DNA of 64,000 bases. Origin: Anaerolineae bacterium (GTDB lineage: Bacteria > Chloroflexota > Anaerolineae > Anaerolineales > UBA6663). The stretch lies in contig JBBIQY010000004.1 in assembly GCA_037442085.1 (NCBI GenBank), forward strand, positions 1,440-65,439, given 5' to 3'. The position numbers were made by a program, and so were the translations under genes. The notes beneath the pieces are model-generated. The model had not been told where the DNA came from and ran no database searches. It saw only the letters and a program-made list of their open reading frames with translations. Position 1 is the stretch's first letter, and each line of letters opens with the position of its first letter. Positions 8,913 to 19,100 of the stretch are shown in pieces.

Positions 8913-9876
8913 TTGTCACCTGCCCCCTGTCCCCTCCGGCCCGCAGCACCATCTTCTCATCCCCTTCCAGATGATGCGCCGTGAGGCGCGGGTTGAGGAT
9001 TTCTTCGAGCACGTTACCGAGCAGCACGCAGCCGAGCGAGACCCAGACAATCGCCAGGCCGGGCGGCAGATAGAACCACCAGGCGCCGTTGGTGATGGCA
9101 TTGCGGCTGAAGGCAAAGTTGATCATCGTCCCCCACGAGGGCCGCGTCGGGTCGCCCAGGCCGAGGAAGGCCAAGCCGGACTCGACCAGGATGGCCGTCG
9201 AGATGATGAGCACCGTGTTGGCGACGATGAGCGGCATGACCTGTGGGAGGATGTGGCGCGTGATGATGTAGGCGTGCCCGGCGCCGATGGCGCGTGCCCG
9301 GGCCACGAATTGCCGCTCCTTGATGGTCAGCACCTGCGACCGGATCAGGCGCGCGGTGCTCGTCCAGTACAGCAGGCCGATGACCAGGATAAGGATGACC
9401 TGCGGCGAGAGGCCCAGGTTGAGCTGGCGCACGCTGGCGACCAGGATCAACATCAGCGGGATATCGGGGATGACGAGCAATACATCGGTGGCGCGCATCA
9501 GGAGCGTATCGCGCCAGCCGCCGAAGTAGCCGGCCAGGAGGCCGAACAGACTGCCGACCAGCATGGACAACGAGCCGGCGAGAAAGCCGACCAGCAGCGA
9601 GGCGCGCGCGCCGAAGACCAGCTGCGCCCAGATGTCGTGGCCGGCGTCGTCGGTGCCGAGCGGCGCGTGTTCCCAGGGCGAGGCAAACGTCAGCGGCCGG
9701 CCAGCGGCGTCGCGAATGGTAGCCTGCGGATCATGCGGCGTGAGCGCCGGCGCAAACATCGCCACGAACAAGGCGCTGAACAGCAGGAACGCGCCCAGCA
9801 TCCCCGGGCGGTTGCGGCGGAACACGCGCCAGAACTCGGCCAGGTTGCGTTTGAGGAGGGGCCAGCGTTCGGACAT
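8902..9876 (-). CDS. ABC transporter permease (OppC/DppC-like)
   Basis: 324-aa polytopic protein with an EAA-like loop (..ARAIGAGHAYIITRHILP..). Adjacent to the ATPases. Confidence 0.8.
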   Translation of the reverse strand: MSERWPLLKRNLAEFWRVFRRNRPGMLGAFLLFSALFVAMFAPALTPHDPQATIRDAAGRPLTFASPWEHAPLGTDDAGHDIWAQLVFGARASLLVGFLAGSLSMLVGSLFGLLAGYFGGWRDTLLMRATDVLLVIPDIPLMLILVASVRQLNLGLSPQVILILVIGLLYWTSTARLIRSQVLTIKERQFVARARAIGAGHAYIITRHILPQVMPLIVANTVLIISTAILVESGLAFLGLGDPTRPSWGTMINFAFSRNAITNGAWWFYLPPGLAIVWVSLGCVLLGNVLEEILNPRLTAHHLEGDEKMVLRAGGDRGQVTSEA

Positions 9877-9899
9877 TTTCCAGATTTGAGATTCGAGAT
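9877..9899 (-). repeat. G-poor AATC-type short-period leader directly upstream of the oppC-like start
   Basis: Minus-strand sense aaatctcgaatctcaaatctggaaa followed by ATG. Confidence 0.7.
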
Positions 9900-10877
9900 T
9901 TATGCCGCTTTCACCCGCGGATCGAGATAGGCGTACAGCAAATCGGCCAGCAGGTTGGCGCCGATGACGGCCACGGCCAGCAGCAGAAACGCGCCTTGTA
10001 GCAGCGGGAAGTCCTGTTTATCCAGCGCCTCCTGAAACAGCTTGCCCAAGCCGTCGTAGGAGAAGACAGTCTCGATGTAGATCGCGCCGGCGACGGTGAA
10101 GCCCAGGTTGAGGGCCACCAGGGTCACAATCGGCAGCAGAGCGTTCTTGAAGGCATGATGGCGCAGCACTTGCCAGTGGCTCATCCCCTTGGCTTTGGCC
10201 GTCAGGATGTAATCTTCGCTCAGCACCTCCAGGACCGAGGAGCGCATGATGAGCATGTACTCGCCCAGGTAAACGATGGTGAAGGTGAGCGTGGGCAGGA
10301 TAAGATGGCGCGCGTAATCGGGCCAGACCTCCCAGATGGGCCGGCCCACGTTCTCCGGGCTGACGGTGCCGCCGGTGGGCAGGCCGAGCCAGGTGCTGCC
10401 CGCCGCCAGCAGGATGATGCCCAGCCAGAACGTGGGGATGGCCCAGGTAATCAGCGAGAACGTCAGCGAGCCGACGTCAATAGCCGTCTTGCGCTTCCAG
10501 CCGGCGAACAGCCCCAGCGCTACCCCCAACACAATCGAGAGCACCTGGCCGAGCGAAATGAGCAGCAGCGTGTTGCCCAGCTTGGAGAGCAACACGTCAG
10601 CCACCGGCCGTCGCAGCGACCAGGAAACGCCGAGGTTGCCCTGCGCCCATTGCGCCAGTGTGGCGAAGAACTGCTCGTGCAGCGGACGATCCAGCCCGAA
10701 CTGCGCCCGCAGCGCCTCCTGCGCCTCGCGTGAGAGGCGCACGTTGCGCCCGATGACGGCCCGCACCGGGTCGCCGGGCAACACGCGAAACAGGTAGAAA
10801 TCCACCACCACAACCACCGCCAGCGTCAACGCGGCCATCATGAACTTGCGCAGCACATAATCGCGGCGGTCCATCAT
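9900..10877 (-). CDS. ABC transporter permease (OppB/DppB-like)
   Basis: 325 aa. MMDRRDYVLRKFMMAALTLAVV..., typical OppB N-terminus and EAA-like region (LTAKAKGMSHWQVLRHHAFKNALLPIVT). Confidence 0.8.
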   Translation of the reverse strand: MMDRRDYVLRKFMMAALTLAVVVVVDFYLFRVLPGDPVRAVIGRNVRLSREAQEALRAQFGLDRPLHEQFFATLAQWAQGNLGVSWSLRRPVADVLLSKLGNTLLLISLGQVLSIVLGVALGLFAGWKRKTAIDVGSLTFSLITWAIPTFWLGIILLAAGSTWLGLPTGGTVSPENVGRPIWEVWPDYARHLILPTLTFTIVYLGEYMLIMRSSVLEVLSEDYILTAKAKGMSHWQVLRHHAFKNALLPIVTLVALNLGFTVAGAIYIETVFSYDGLGKLFQEALDKQDFPLLQGAFLLLAVAVIGANLLADLLYAYLDPRVKAA

Positions 10878-10891
10878 CGCGGTAGCGCCCC

Positions 10892-12589
10892 CTACTTCAC
10901 CGGCTCCACCTTCGCCAGCGAGAAAGCCGAGATGAGTGAAACGGTGAGGGAGGGGTTCGTAATGAAGTCCGGGAAGTTGGTGAAGCGGTCGGAGCGGTAA
11001 GCCTCGAGCGAGTCGTAGTTGTAGAGCACGATGTAGGGCTTATCGCGGAAGAGCAGCTCCTGCATTTTGTAGATGGTGGCCTGGCGCTGGGCAAGATCGC
11101 TGGCGCGTTGCTGGTCGAGGTAGAGCTGATCGTACTCGGCGTTGCAGTAGCCGCTGTCGCTCCAGCCGCCCACTTCGAACTGGTCGCACAGCATGATACT
11201 GAGGATGAAGTCGGGGTCGGGGTCGCCGCCCCAGCCCCAGATGACTAGATCGTAATCGCCGACGCCGGTGGTCAGGCCGGTGAGCGTGTCCGGGTCCACC
11301 GCCTCCACGTTCACCTTCACGCCGATCTGGCTGAACCAGCCGGCCAGCAGGCTGGCGACACGCGGATACTCCGAGGAGTCGGCCGCGTGTTGCAGGCGGA
11401 ACTCCAGCCGCCGGCCGTCCTTCTGGCGGATGCCGTCCGGGCCTTTCGGGTAACCGGCTTCGTCGAGGATCTGGTTCGCTTTGGCGAGGTCGAAGGCGTG
11501 ATCTTCGATAGCGGGATTGTGCCAGAAGCCGCCCCCCAGGCTCGGGGCGACGATGGACCAGCCCGGCTTGCCCAGCCCCTGCAACACCACATCCACCAGA
11601 TCTTGCTTGTTGATGGCATGGGCCAGCGCCAGGCGCACCTGCGGATCGCGCAACGCCGGGTGGCCGGTCGGGCGCGGGTCGCGGTCTTCGGGCGCGGAGT
11701 TGATGATCAACTCGTCAAAGGAGCGCGAGGGTGTTTGCACGGCGGTCACGTTGGCGAAGCCCTTCACCGTGGCAAAGGCGCTACTCGGCACCTGGTAGAT
11801 CACATCCACGTCGCCGACCTTGAGCGCCTGCACCAGGGCGTCGCCGTTGTCGAACGTGCGCAGGATCACCTGGTCAACCTTAGGCGCGCCGTCGTAGAAA
11901 TCCGGGTTCTTATCCAGGATGACCACGCCACGCTCCTTGTCGAAACGGTTCAGCTTGAACGCGCCACTGCCGATGAGCTTGTCGTTGGCAAAGTTCTGGA
12001 GCGCCTCGGTCGTCGTCAGCGGCTCAAAGTCCGGGCGCCACAGAGCATACAGGAACGAGACCCGGTACTCCATGTTGCCGATGGGATACTCGAGCGTGAT
12101 CTGCACCGTCCGCGGGTCGGGCGCGGTCACCGCTTTGAAACCGTTGGTGTAGTTGACGAGCGTGGACCAGCCATCGGGGTCATTCTTGATCTCGTTGATG
12201 CTCCAGGCCACGTCCTCGGCGGTGAGCGGCGCCCCGGTGTGCCACTTGAGATTGTCTTTGAGGGTGAACGTCCACGTCAACCCATCGTCCGAGCTTTGCC
12301 AGGCTTGCGCCAGGTCACCCTGATATTTGCCGTCCGGCCCCTCCTTCAACAGCGAGCTATAAGTCAGATCAAAGACCACATAGGAGGTGGCGAGGAAGGC
12401 ATAGGCCGGATTGAGGGTATCCGGCTGGCCGATCCAGCCGATGGTGAGCGTGACGGGCTGGCCGGGCCCGGTTGGCGCAGCCGTTGGCGCGTCGGAGGGC
12501 GTAGCCGGCCCGGCGCAAGCGGCCAGCAGGTAGGCGAGGCTGAGGATGAGGGAGAAACTGCGCTTGAAGAACATGAGGGCCTCCGGCAT
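10892..12589 (-). CDS. ABC transporter substrate-binding protein, family 5 (peptide/nickel), lipoprotein
   Basis: 565 aa. Lipobox-like LLAACAG, then a family-5 SBP-like sequence. The start may be the internal MFFKRSF (12574). Confidence 0.8.
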   Translation of the reverse strand: MPEALMFFKRSFSLILSLAYLLAACAGPATPSDAPTAAPTGPGQPVTLTIGWIGQPDTLNPAYAFLATSYVVFDLTYSSLLKEGPDGKYQGDLAQAWQSSDDGLTWTFTLKDNLKWHTGAPLTAEDVAWSINEIKNDPDGWSTLVNYTNGFKAVTAPDPRTVQITLEYPIGNMEYRVSFLYALWRPDFEPLTTTEALQNFANDKLIGSGAFKLNRFDKERGVVILDKNPDFYDGAPKVDQVILRTFDNGDALVQALKVGDVDVIYQVPSSAFATVKGFANVTAVQTPSRSFDELIINSAPEDRDPRPTGHPALRDPQVRLALAHAINKQDLVDVVLQGLGKPGWSIVAPSLGGGFWHNPAIEDHAFDLAKANQILDEAGYPKGPDGIRQKDGRRLEFRLQHAADSSEYPRVASLLAGWFSQIGVKVNVEAVDPDTLTGLTTGVGDYDLVIWGWGGDPDPDFILSIMLCDQFEVGGWSDSGYCNAEYDQLYLDQQRASDLAQRQATIYKMQELLFRDKPYIVLYNYDSLEAYRSDRFTNFPDFITNPSLTVSLISAFSLAKVEPVK

Positions 12590-12648
12590 GGATTGAGGCG
12601 CGGTCAGGCTCGGAACTCAACCGCCCGACGCGCCTTGAGGGTTTGGCG

Positions 12649-13916
12649 CTAGATCATGAAATTCCGAGGCGGGTGTGCCATCTGCAAAACAGGTCGGTTA
12701 ATTTTGAACGGCGTCAGGTCGTGTGGCGTGCTGCCGTCCACTGCCAGGTCCGCCAGTATCCGGCCGATAAGCGACGAGAACTTGAAGTCGTGGGCTGCGC
12801 CGATCGCGACGAGGACGTTCGGGTGGGCGGGCAGCGCGTCAATGACGAAGTCGCGGTCGGGCGTGAGGGTGTACAGGCAGGTCTTGGTGAGCAGCGGCGG
12901 GCCGCAGGCGCGCGGCAGATACCGCTCGAAGAACGCAGACAGCCGCTGCAGGTTGGCCGCATCCGGCTCAAAAGTACGGGTCTCGGCGGTCACCTCACGC
13001 CCCCCCACATCCTGGGCGCCCTTCACGCCCCGTTCGCCGTAGGCCGGGAAGCCATAGAAGCACGGCTCGTCCATCCAGATCCAGATCGGGAAGCGCTCCG
13101 GCGCGAACTCCTCCAGATGCGGCGTGGCGAAGTACGTCAACTGCTCCTGTGTCACGGTCAGGGGCAAGTGAATGCCGAAGCTGCCCAGCCAGTGGTTCGA
13201 CCAGGCGCCGGCGGTCAGGATCAGTTTTTCGCAGCGGTAGGTGTGATGCGGCGTGAAGACTTCGACCTCGCCGTTCAAAGATCGAAGATGAGAAACTGGA
13301 GATTGGTCGAGGAGGGTCGCGCCGTATTCGCGCGCCAGCCGGCGGTGAACGGCCGCGCCCCGATTGGCGGGCGCGATGCCGCTCTCCGACTGGAAGAGCA
13401 CGGTCACGTTGTCGGGCAGTCGCCATTGCGGCCAGCGGCGCATGGTCTCGGCAGCGTCGAGCAACTCGAACGAGACGCCCGCCACGGCCGTATGCCGAAA
13501 ATTGTGTAATTCGGCCTGTAGGCGCGGGTCTGAGAGCCGCGCCTACGAAATTACACACAAATCGGCAAACCGCCCCCGCCCACGGTCAGGCTGTCGGTAT
13601 AGGCCGTCAGCTGGATGACGCCGCCGGCCGGGAACAGATCGAGGCCGCCCGTCTTGAGAATCAGCTTCTCGCCCGAGTCGGCCTCCAGCGCCGCCCAGGC
13701 CGCATAAGCGGCCTGCGCCAGTCGAACATAGCCCGGTGTGTGATACGAAAGCCGGATAATGCGCGAATGATCGTGCGAGCCGCCACGGTCATGGCCCAAC
13801 TCGAACTGCTCTAGGCCGAGCACCTCGGCCCCGGCGCGGCGCGCCAGCCAGTAAGCGGCGGCGCTCCCCAATCCCCCCAGTCCGAGGACGAGGTGCCGAT
13901 AGTCATGTTTCGACAT
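12649..13916 (-). pseudogene. Monomeric sarcosine oxidase / N-methyltryptophan oxidase-like FAD oxidase, interrupted by an 89-nt element
   Basis: N-terminal piece MSKHDYRHLVLGLGGLGSAAAYWLA (GxGxxG) ...TAYTDSLTV runs into a stop inside the insert. The C-terminal piece (V)AGVSFELLDAAETMRRWP...HDFKFSSLIG... continues in another frame. Deleting 13486-13583 (98 nt) fuses them in frame to about 389 aa. Confidence 0.8.
13486..13574 (-). mobile_element. MITE-like 89-nt palindromic element, copy 1 (inside the oxidase gene)
   Basis: Exact reverse complement of 42130-42218. Imperfect terminal inverted repeats of about 26 nt (GGCxGTxTGCCGA....GTGTAATT), central 10-bp GC hairpin GTAGGCGCGG/CCGCGCCTAC. 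Flanked by near-identical 9-mers GTGGGCGGG / GTGGCGGGC. Confidence 0.8.
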
Positions 13917-14063
13917 CCGATGGCGTAGCTGCGGTGTGACGATATGCGTTTGCTTAGGGAGTGGCTTGCTGGCACGAAGTATAGGTGCAAAAATGGGGCT
14001 GTCAAGCGACAACGGATGAAACGGATAGGAGCGGAGAGGCGTTCATGGATTGGAGAGCAACGG

Positions 14064-16070
14064 ATGTTCCAACTCTACGACACGCAAGTCCAACACAACG
14101 TCCGCCTGCGCATGCGCGATGGCGTCGAACTCTCGGCCAACCTGTGGCGGCCGGTCCCACGTGAACGGGGCGAGCGTTTCCCGGCCATCCTCGAGATGAT
14201 CCCCTATCGCAAGGACGACTGGCGCTACAACAGCGACGCGGCGCGGATGACGTATTTCGCGCAGCGCGGCTACGTGGGCTGCCGGGTGGACGTGCGCGGC
14301 ACCGGCTCCAGCGGCGGCCTGGCCCGCGATGAGTACACGCCCGAGGAGACGCAGGACGGCTACGAGGTCGTCGAATGGCTGGCGGCGCAACCGTGGTGCA
14401 ACGGCAGCGTCGGCATGTGGGGCATCAGTTACGGCGGTTTCACCAGCATTCAGGTGGCCAAACTCCAACCGCCGCACCTCAAGGCCATCATCCCCATGTA
14501 CGCCACCGACGATCGCTATCTAACGGACGTGCATTACTTCGGCGGCTGCCTGACGCTGAGCGACCTGGCGCAGTACGCGGTGAGCATGGTGGCGATGAAC
14601 GCTCTGCCCCCGAAGGCCGAGTACCTGAAAGAGAGATGGGCGGAGACGTGGCGGGAACGGCTGGAGCAAACGCCGCCCTGGCTGATCGAGTGGCTCCGGC
14701 AACAGACGGACGGCCCCTACTACCGCAGCGGCTCGCTCGCGCCGGAGTATGAACGCCTCACCTGCGCGCTCTTTCATATCGGCGGCTGGAACGACGGCTA
14801 CACCGACGCCGTGCTACGGATGCAGGCGCGATGCCTCAACGCGCCGCGCAAGGCCCTCATCGGCAACTGGGGGCATGTCTATCCGGCGGACGGCTACCCC
14901 GGCCCCAACCTCGACCACCTACACGAGATGCTGCGCTTCTTCGATTACTGGCTCAAGGGCGAAGACAACGGCGTGATGGCCGAACCGCCGGTCACCGTTT
15001 TTCTGCGGGAGTGGACGCCGCCCGCCCCCTTCCCCGCTGCGCAGAACGGCGAGTGGCGCAGCTTTCCAACGCTTGATAATTCAAGAGCGACGATTTATCA
15101 CCTGGACACTCTCCGCCTCACTCCACTACCCGCAATCCAAAATCAGAAATCAGAAATTCAGCACCGCCCCACCGGGGGCCTCAGCGGCCCGTTCAGCTCC
15201 GGCGGCGGCAGCGCGCCCAATGGTCTGGCCCGCGATCAGCGCCCGGACGAGGCGCTTGCCCTGACCTTTACCAGCGAGCCGCTGGCCGAGCCGCTCGAAG
15301 TGCTCGGCTTCCCCGAACTGAACATGCATGTCAGCTGCACGGCGCCGGTCGCCACGCTGGCGGCCCGCCTGTGTGATGTGCACCCCGACGGCACCTCGGC
15401 GCTGGTGACCCAGGGCGCGCTCAACCTGACGCACCGCGCGAGCCACACCGCGCCGCAGCCGCTGACGCCCGGCGAGATTTACGAGGTGCGCCTCCCTCTC
15501 AAAGCCACCGGCTACCGCTGGCGGCCCGGCCACCGCATTCGGCTGACGCTCGGCAGCAACCTCTTCCCCATGCTTTGGCCGTCACCCCATGCCTGCACGC
15601 TCACCCTCCACACCGGCCCGATGCATCCGGCACAGCTCAGCCTCCCCCTCGCGCCTGCCGGCGAACAGCCTCCGCCCGTGTTCAAGACCACGCCGCCCGA
15701 ACTAATCAGCGTGGGCAGCAGCGCGGAGGGTGAGGCGCAGTGGCAAATCACTGAGGATGTGCTGGCGGGCAGCGTAACGGTGCACAGCTACGGCGCGGAT
15801 ACCACCTACTTGCCCGAAGGCGTCTCGCTGTTCAGCGACGAGCGGCTGGCGATCACGGCCTTCCACGCCGACCCCGCCCACGCCCGGCTCGTCCATGAGT
15901 GTAACTATGTGCTGAGGGAGGCGGGCTACGAGACGCACGTCCGCTCCACCGGCGCGCTTCGCAGCACCGAGACGGATTTTCATCTCGACATCGAGCTGAC
16001 AGTGAAGCTGAACGGGAGGATGTTCTTTCAAAAAAGCTGGCTGGAGACCGTGCCGAGGCATCTGGTTTGA
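14064..16070 (+). CDS. CocE/NonD-family (S15 X-Pro dipeptidyl-peptidase-like) hydrolase
   Basis: MFQLYDTQVQHNVRLRMRDGVELSANLWRP...ILEMIPYRKDD...VDVRGTGSSGG...WCNGSVGMWGISYGG (GxSxG). Start at the ATG preceded by GGAGAG. Confidence 0.8.
   Translation: MFQLYDTQVQHNVRLRMRDGVELSANLWRPVPRERGERFPAILEMIPYRKDDWRYNSDAARMTYFAQRGYVGCRVDVRGTGSSGGLARDEYTPEETQDGYEVVEWLAAQPWCNGSVGMWGISYGGFTSIQVAKLQPPHLKAIIPMYATDDRYLTDVHYFGGCLTLSDLAQYAVSMVAMNALPPKAEYLKERWAETWRERLEQTPPWLIEWLRQQTDGPYYRSGSLAPEYERLTCALFHIGGWNDGYTDAVLRMQARCLNAPRKALIGNWGHVYPADGYPGPNLDHLHEMLRFFDYWLKGEDNGVMAEPPVTVFLREWTPPAPFPAAQNGEWRSFPTLDNSRATIYHLDTLRLTPLPAIQNQKSEIQHRPTGGLSGPFSSGGGSAPNGLARDQRPDEALALTFTSEPLAEPLEVLGFPELNMHVSCTAPVATLAARLCDVHPDGTSALVTQGALNLTHRASHTAPQPLTPGEIYEVRLPLKATGYRWRPGHRIRLTLGSNLFPMLWPSPHACTLTLHTGPMHPAQLSLPLAPAGEQPPPVFKTTPPELISVGSSAEGEAQWQITEDVLAGSVTVHSYGADTTYLPEGVSLFSDERLAITAFHADPAHARLVHECNYVLREAGYETHVRSTGALRSTETDFHLDIELTVKLNGRMFFQKSWLETVPRHLV
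15132..15160 (+). repeat. AATC-type short-period repeat embedded in frame in the CocE/NonD CDS
   Basis: caatccaaaatcagaaatcagaaattcag encodes ..AIQNQKSEIQH..; locally AT-rich in an otherwise GC-rich CDS. Confidence 0.7.
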
Positions 16071-16109
16071 CGGCTCGTAACCGCTCGCCGCTCTGCCCCG
16101 CCGATCCTC

Positions 16110-19100
16110 CTACACCCTGCGCCGCACCAGCAGCACCACCGTGACCAGCGCGCCGACCATGATGGCGATGAGCAGCAGGGTCAGGTCGCCGGGCACAGCA
16201 GGCGGCGGCGCGGGCACTGGGGTGGGAGCAGCGGCTGGCGCGGCAGTCGGCGCAACGCCGGCCGCGGAGGCGGGCGGCTCGCGAGAGACGACGAAGACCG
16301 CCGTCGTGCGGCCCGGCACCGTGAAGGCGCCGCTGGTCGAATCGAACCGCGACTGCTCAACCCCCGCTTCCGCCGAGGCGGCGAGCAGCGGGTGCAAGGC
16401 AAAGGTTCCTCCCATAAAAGCCGCATCGCCCCAGGTGATCGGATCGGGTGAACCGTTGAAGAGCACGACGATCTGATCGAAGGGGTCGTCGAGCCGATCC
16501 GCGCCGGTGTTATCGAGGCGGTACACGATCAGGCCGGGCACGGCGTCCGGGCCGAGGTTGAAGAACGTCAGTCGGCGTTTCACCTCGTCGGCGGTGCGCA
16601 GCCGAAAGAGCGCCGAGCTCTTGCGCACCTGCAGCATCGTCTCGAAGTGGGCGAGCGAGCGAAGGAGATCGTCGCGGGTGACCTTCAGCGCCGGGTTCGC
16701 CAGCAGCGGCCGGATGATCGGCCACCGGTCGCGGTTGTCGCCGGCAGGCGGCAGGCCCACTGCCCAGTTGTTGCTCGTGTAGGTGAAGTCCAGCCGGTTG
16801 AACCAGTCGCCGGAGTTATAGCTGTTGCGGTCGAGCGACTTCGAGCGCAACAGCTCATCGCCGGCGTGGAAGAACGGCACGCCCTGCGCCAAAAGCACCA
16901 GGTCCATAGCGAGATAGTGCATGCGGAGGCGGTCCTGCACCGAGGCGCCCGCCGGGGCTTTCGCCTGCACGGCATCCCAGAGCGTCTCGTTGTCGTGCGC
17001 CGAGACGTAGACGACATTCTCCTGCGGGTCGAGCGTGTACGCCGCCGGCACGCCGTTGTAACTGATCCCCACACCGACGACGCCATCGGGGAAGCGATAC
17101 TCCTTCAGATTGCCGGCCAGACCGATGCGGATCCAGCTCAGGTAGCTCAGCAGCTTGGCCTGCTGTTCATCGGCCGGCCGGGACTCGGCGCCGTTGGGCT
17201 GGAACCACAAGCCGGTGGCGAAGCCCTGCAGGGGGAGCGCATCGAACGGGCCGCCGCCGCGCACGCCGTCGCGCAGCCGGTCGTTGAACACGCCGATGCC
17301 CGTGCCGCCGATGTTCCGTTGGGTGGCGTTCACACCCCGCGCGTTGTCGGCGACCTCGCCGAAGTTCCAGCCCTCCCCATACACGTAGATGGCCCTGCCA
17401 TCCACGCCGTCGTTCTCGACCGTGAGCGCATCCAGCATGGCGCGCAGTTTGACCATGTTGCTGAGCATGTGGTGGCCCATGAGGTCGAAACGGAAGCCGT
17501 CCACCTTATACGCTGTGGCCCACGTGCGAACCGAATCGATCATCAGCTTTTCCATCATGCGGTGCTCGGTGGCCGTGTTCTCGCAGCAGGTGCTGCGCTC
17601 GACTTCCCCCCGGTCATTGAGCCGGTGGTAATAGCCGGGCACGATCTTGTCGAGCACGCTCTTCTCCGCCAGCCCGCTGGCGTTGGTGTGGTTGTAAACC
17701 ACATCCATCACGACGCGCAGGCCAATGGCGTTGAGCGCCTGTACCATCTCGCGGAACTCACGTATCCGAGCTGAGCCATCAGGCTCGGTTGAATAGGCAC
17801 CCTCGGGCGCGGTGTAGTGGTGCGGATCATAGCCCCAGTTGAAGCCGTCCCGGTCGGCGATGGCGCCGACCGCCGCCTGCTGCGCCTCCGAGTCGCCGGG
17901 CAGTGCCGCAAGCGTCGCCTCGTCCACCGTCTGCCAGGTGCTCTTGTCCTCGTTGATGCTGGCGATATCGAAGGCGGGCAGCAGATGCACATGCGTCAGC
18001 CCGGCCTCGGCCAGTCGTCTGAGGTGCTTCATCCCGTTCGAGTCCAGCAGGGTGAAGGCCTTGAACGTGCCGCGCAGTTCGGCGGGCACGCTGGGGTCAT
18101 GGGCGCTGAAGTCGCGCACGTGCAGCTCGTATAGCACGATATCCTCAGGCGCCTCGAGCGGCGGTTTGGAGACGGTCTCCCAGCCGGGCGGTTTCAGCGA
18201 GGGGTCGTCGAGATCCACGAACTGACTCCGCCGGCCGTTAGTGCTCAGGCTGTACGAGTAGGGATCGGTGACGAGGTTGGTTTCGAACCGGCCGGTGCTC
18301 GGCACATACACTTGCACCGAGAGCAGATAGAACTTGTTCTTCCAGCTCGCCTCGCCGGTGACGCGCCACACACCACTGTCGGCGTCGAACTGCATGGGCA
18401 CGTCGAGGCCGGCGGCGGTCGTCGAATCATCGTACAGTAACAGGCTGACCGCGCGAGCCGTCGGGGCCCACACGCGCAGCGTCGGCGCACCGCTCTCCCA
18501 CGTCACGCCGAGCAGGCCGTCGTAACGATACACGTCATCGAGCACGCCGGGCAATTGCAGGCCGGTGGAGTCTATGACGCGGCCCGCCGGGTCGAGCGCC
18601 GTGACGGCAACCTGCCCGCGCAGCATATCGGGCACCCTGGCCAGCGCTGCCTCGGGCAGGCGGAGCGTGGTATAGCCCTTGAGATGCGGGAAGCGTTCGA
18701 GGATTGCCTCGCCCGGCCCCCCGCCCACGAACGTGAGCGGGATCTCGGTCCCTCCGACGATGCCGGTGGCGGCCAGGGCGAGCTGCGCTTCGGGGCTGTA
18801 ATGCAGGCTGTAACGATTGCCCGGCGAACCGGCCACGTTCCACAAAATCGTGTCGCGGCTTACCCAATGGGCCTGCATCGCTCTGAGATTTCCGCGAGGG
18901 GCGCCCTCGGTGCTCACCATGAGTTTCTCGCTCTCTGCTTCGTAGCCAAAATAGACCGGATCGCCCTGGGCCTTCACCGTGAACGACTGCTGCTCGCCCA
19001 CGCGCTGCGCGTCCGACTCGTTGAGCGCGACCTGTACGGTGTACGTGCCCGCCGGGAGCTGCGTGGTGGTGAACTCGAACAGGCCGTCGCCGTCGGAATC

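Noticed and set aside
13955-13975. A sigma-54-like TGGCAC element in the divergent oxidase/CocE promoter region.
   Set aside because: The required -12 TTGC at the correct spacing is absent (TGGCACGAAGTATAGG). No enhancer-binding protein gene is nearby.
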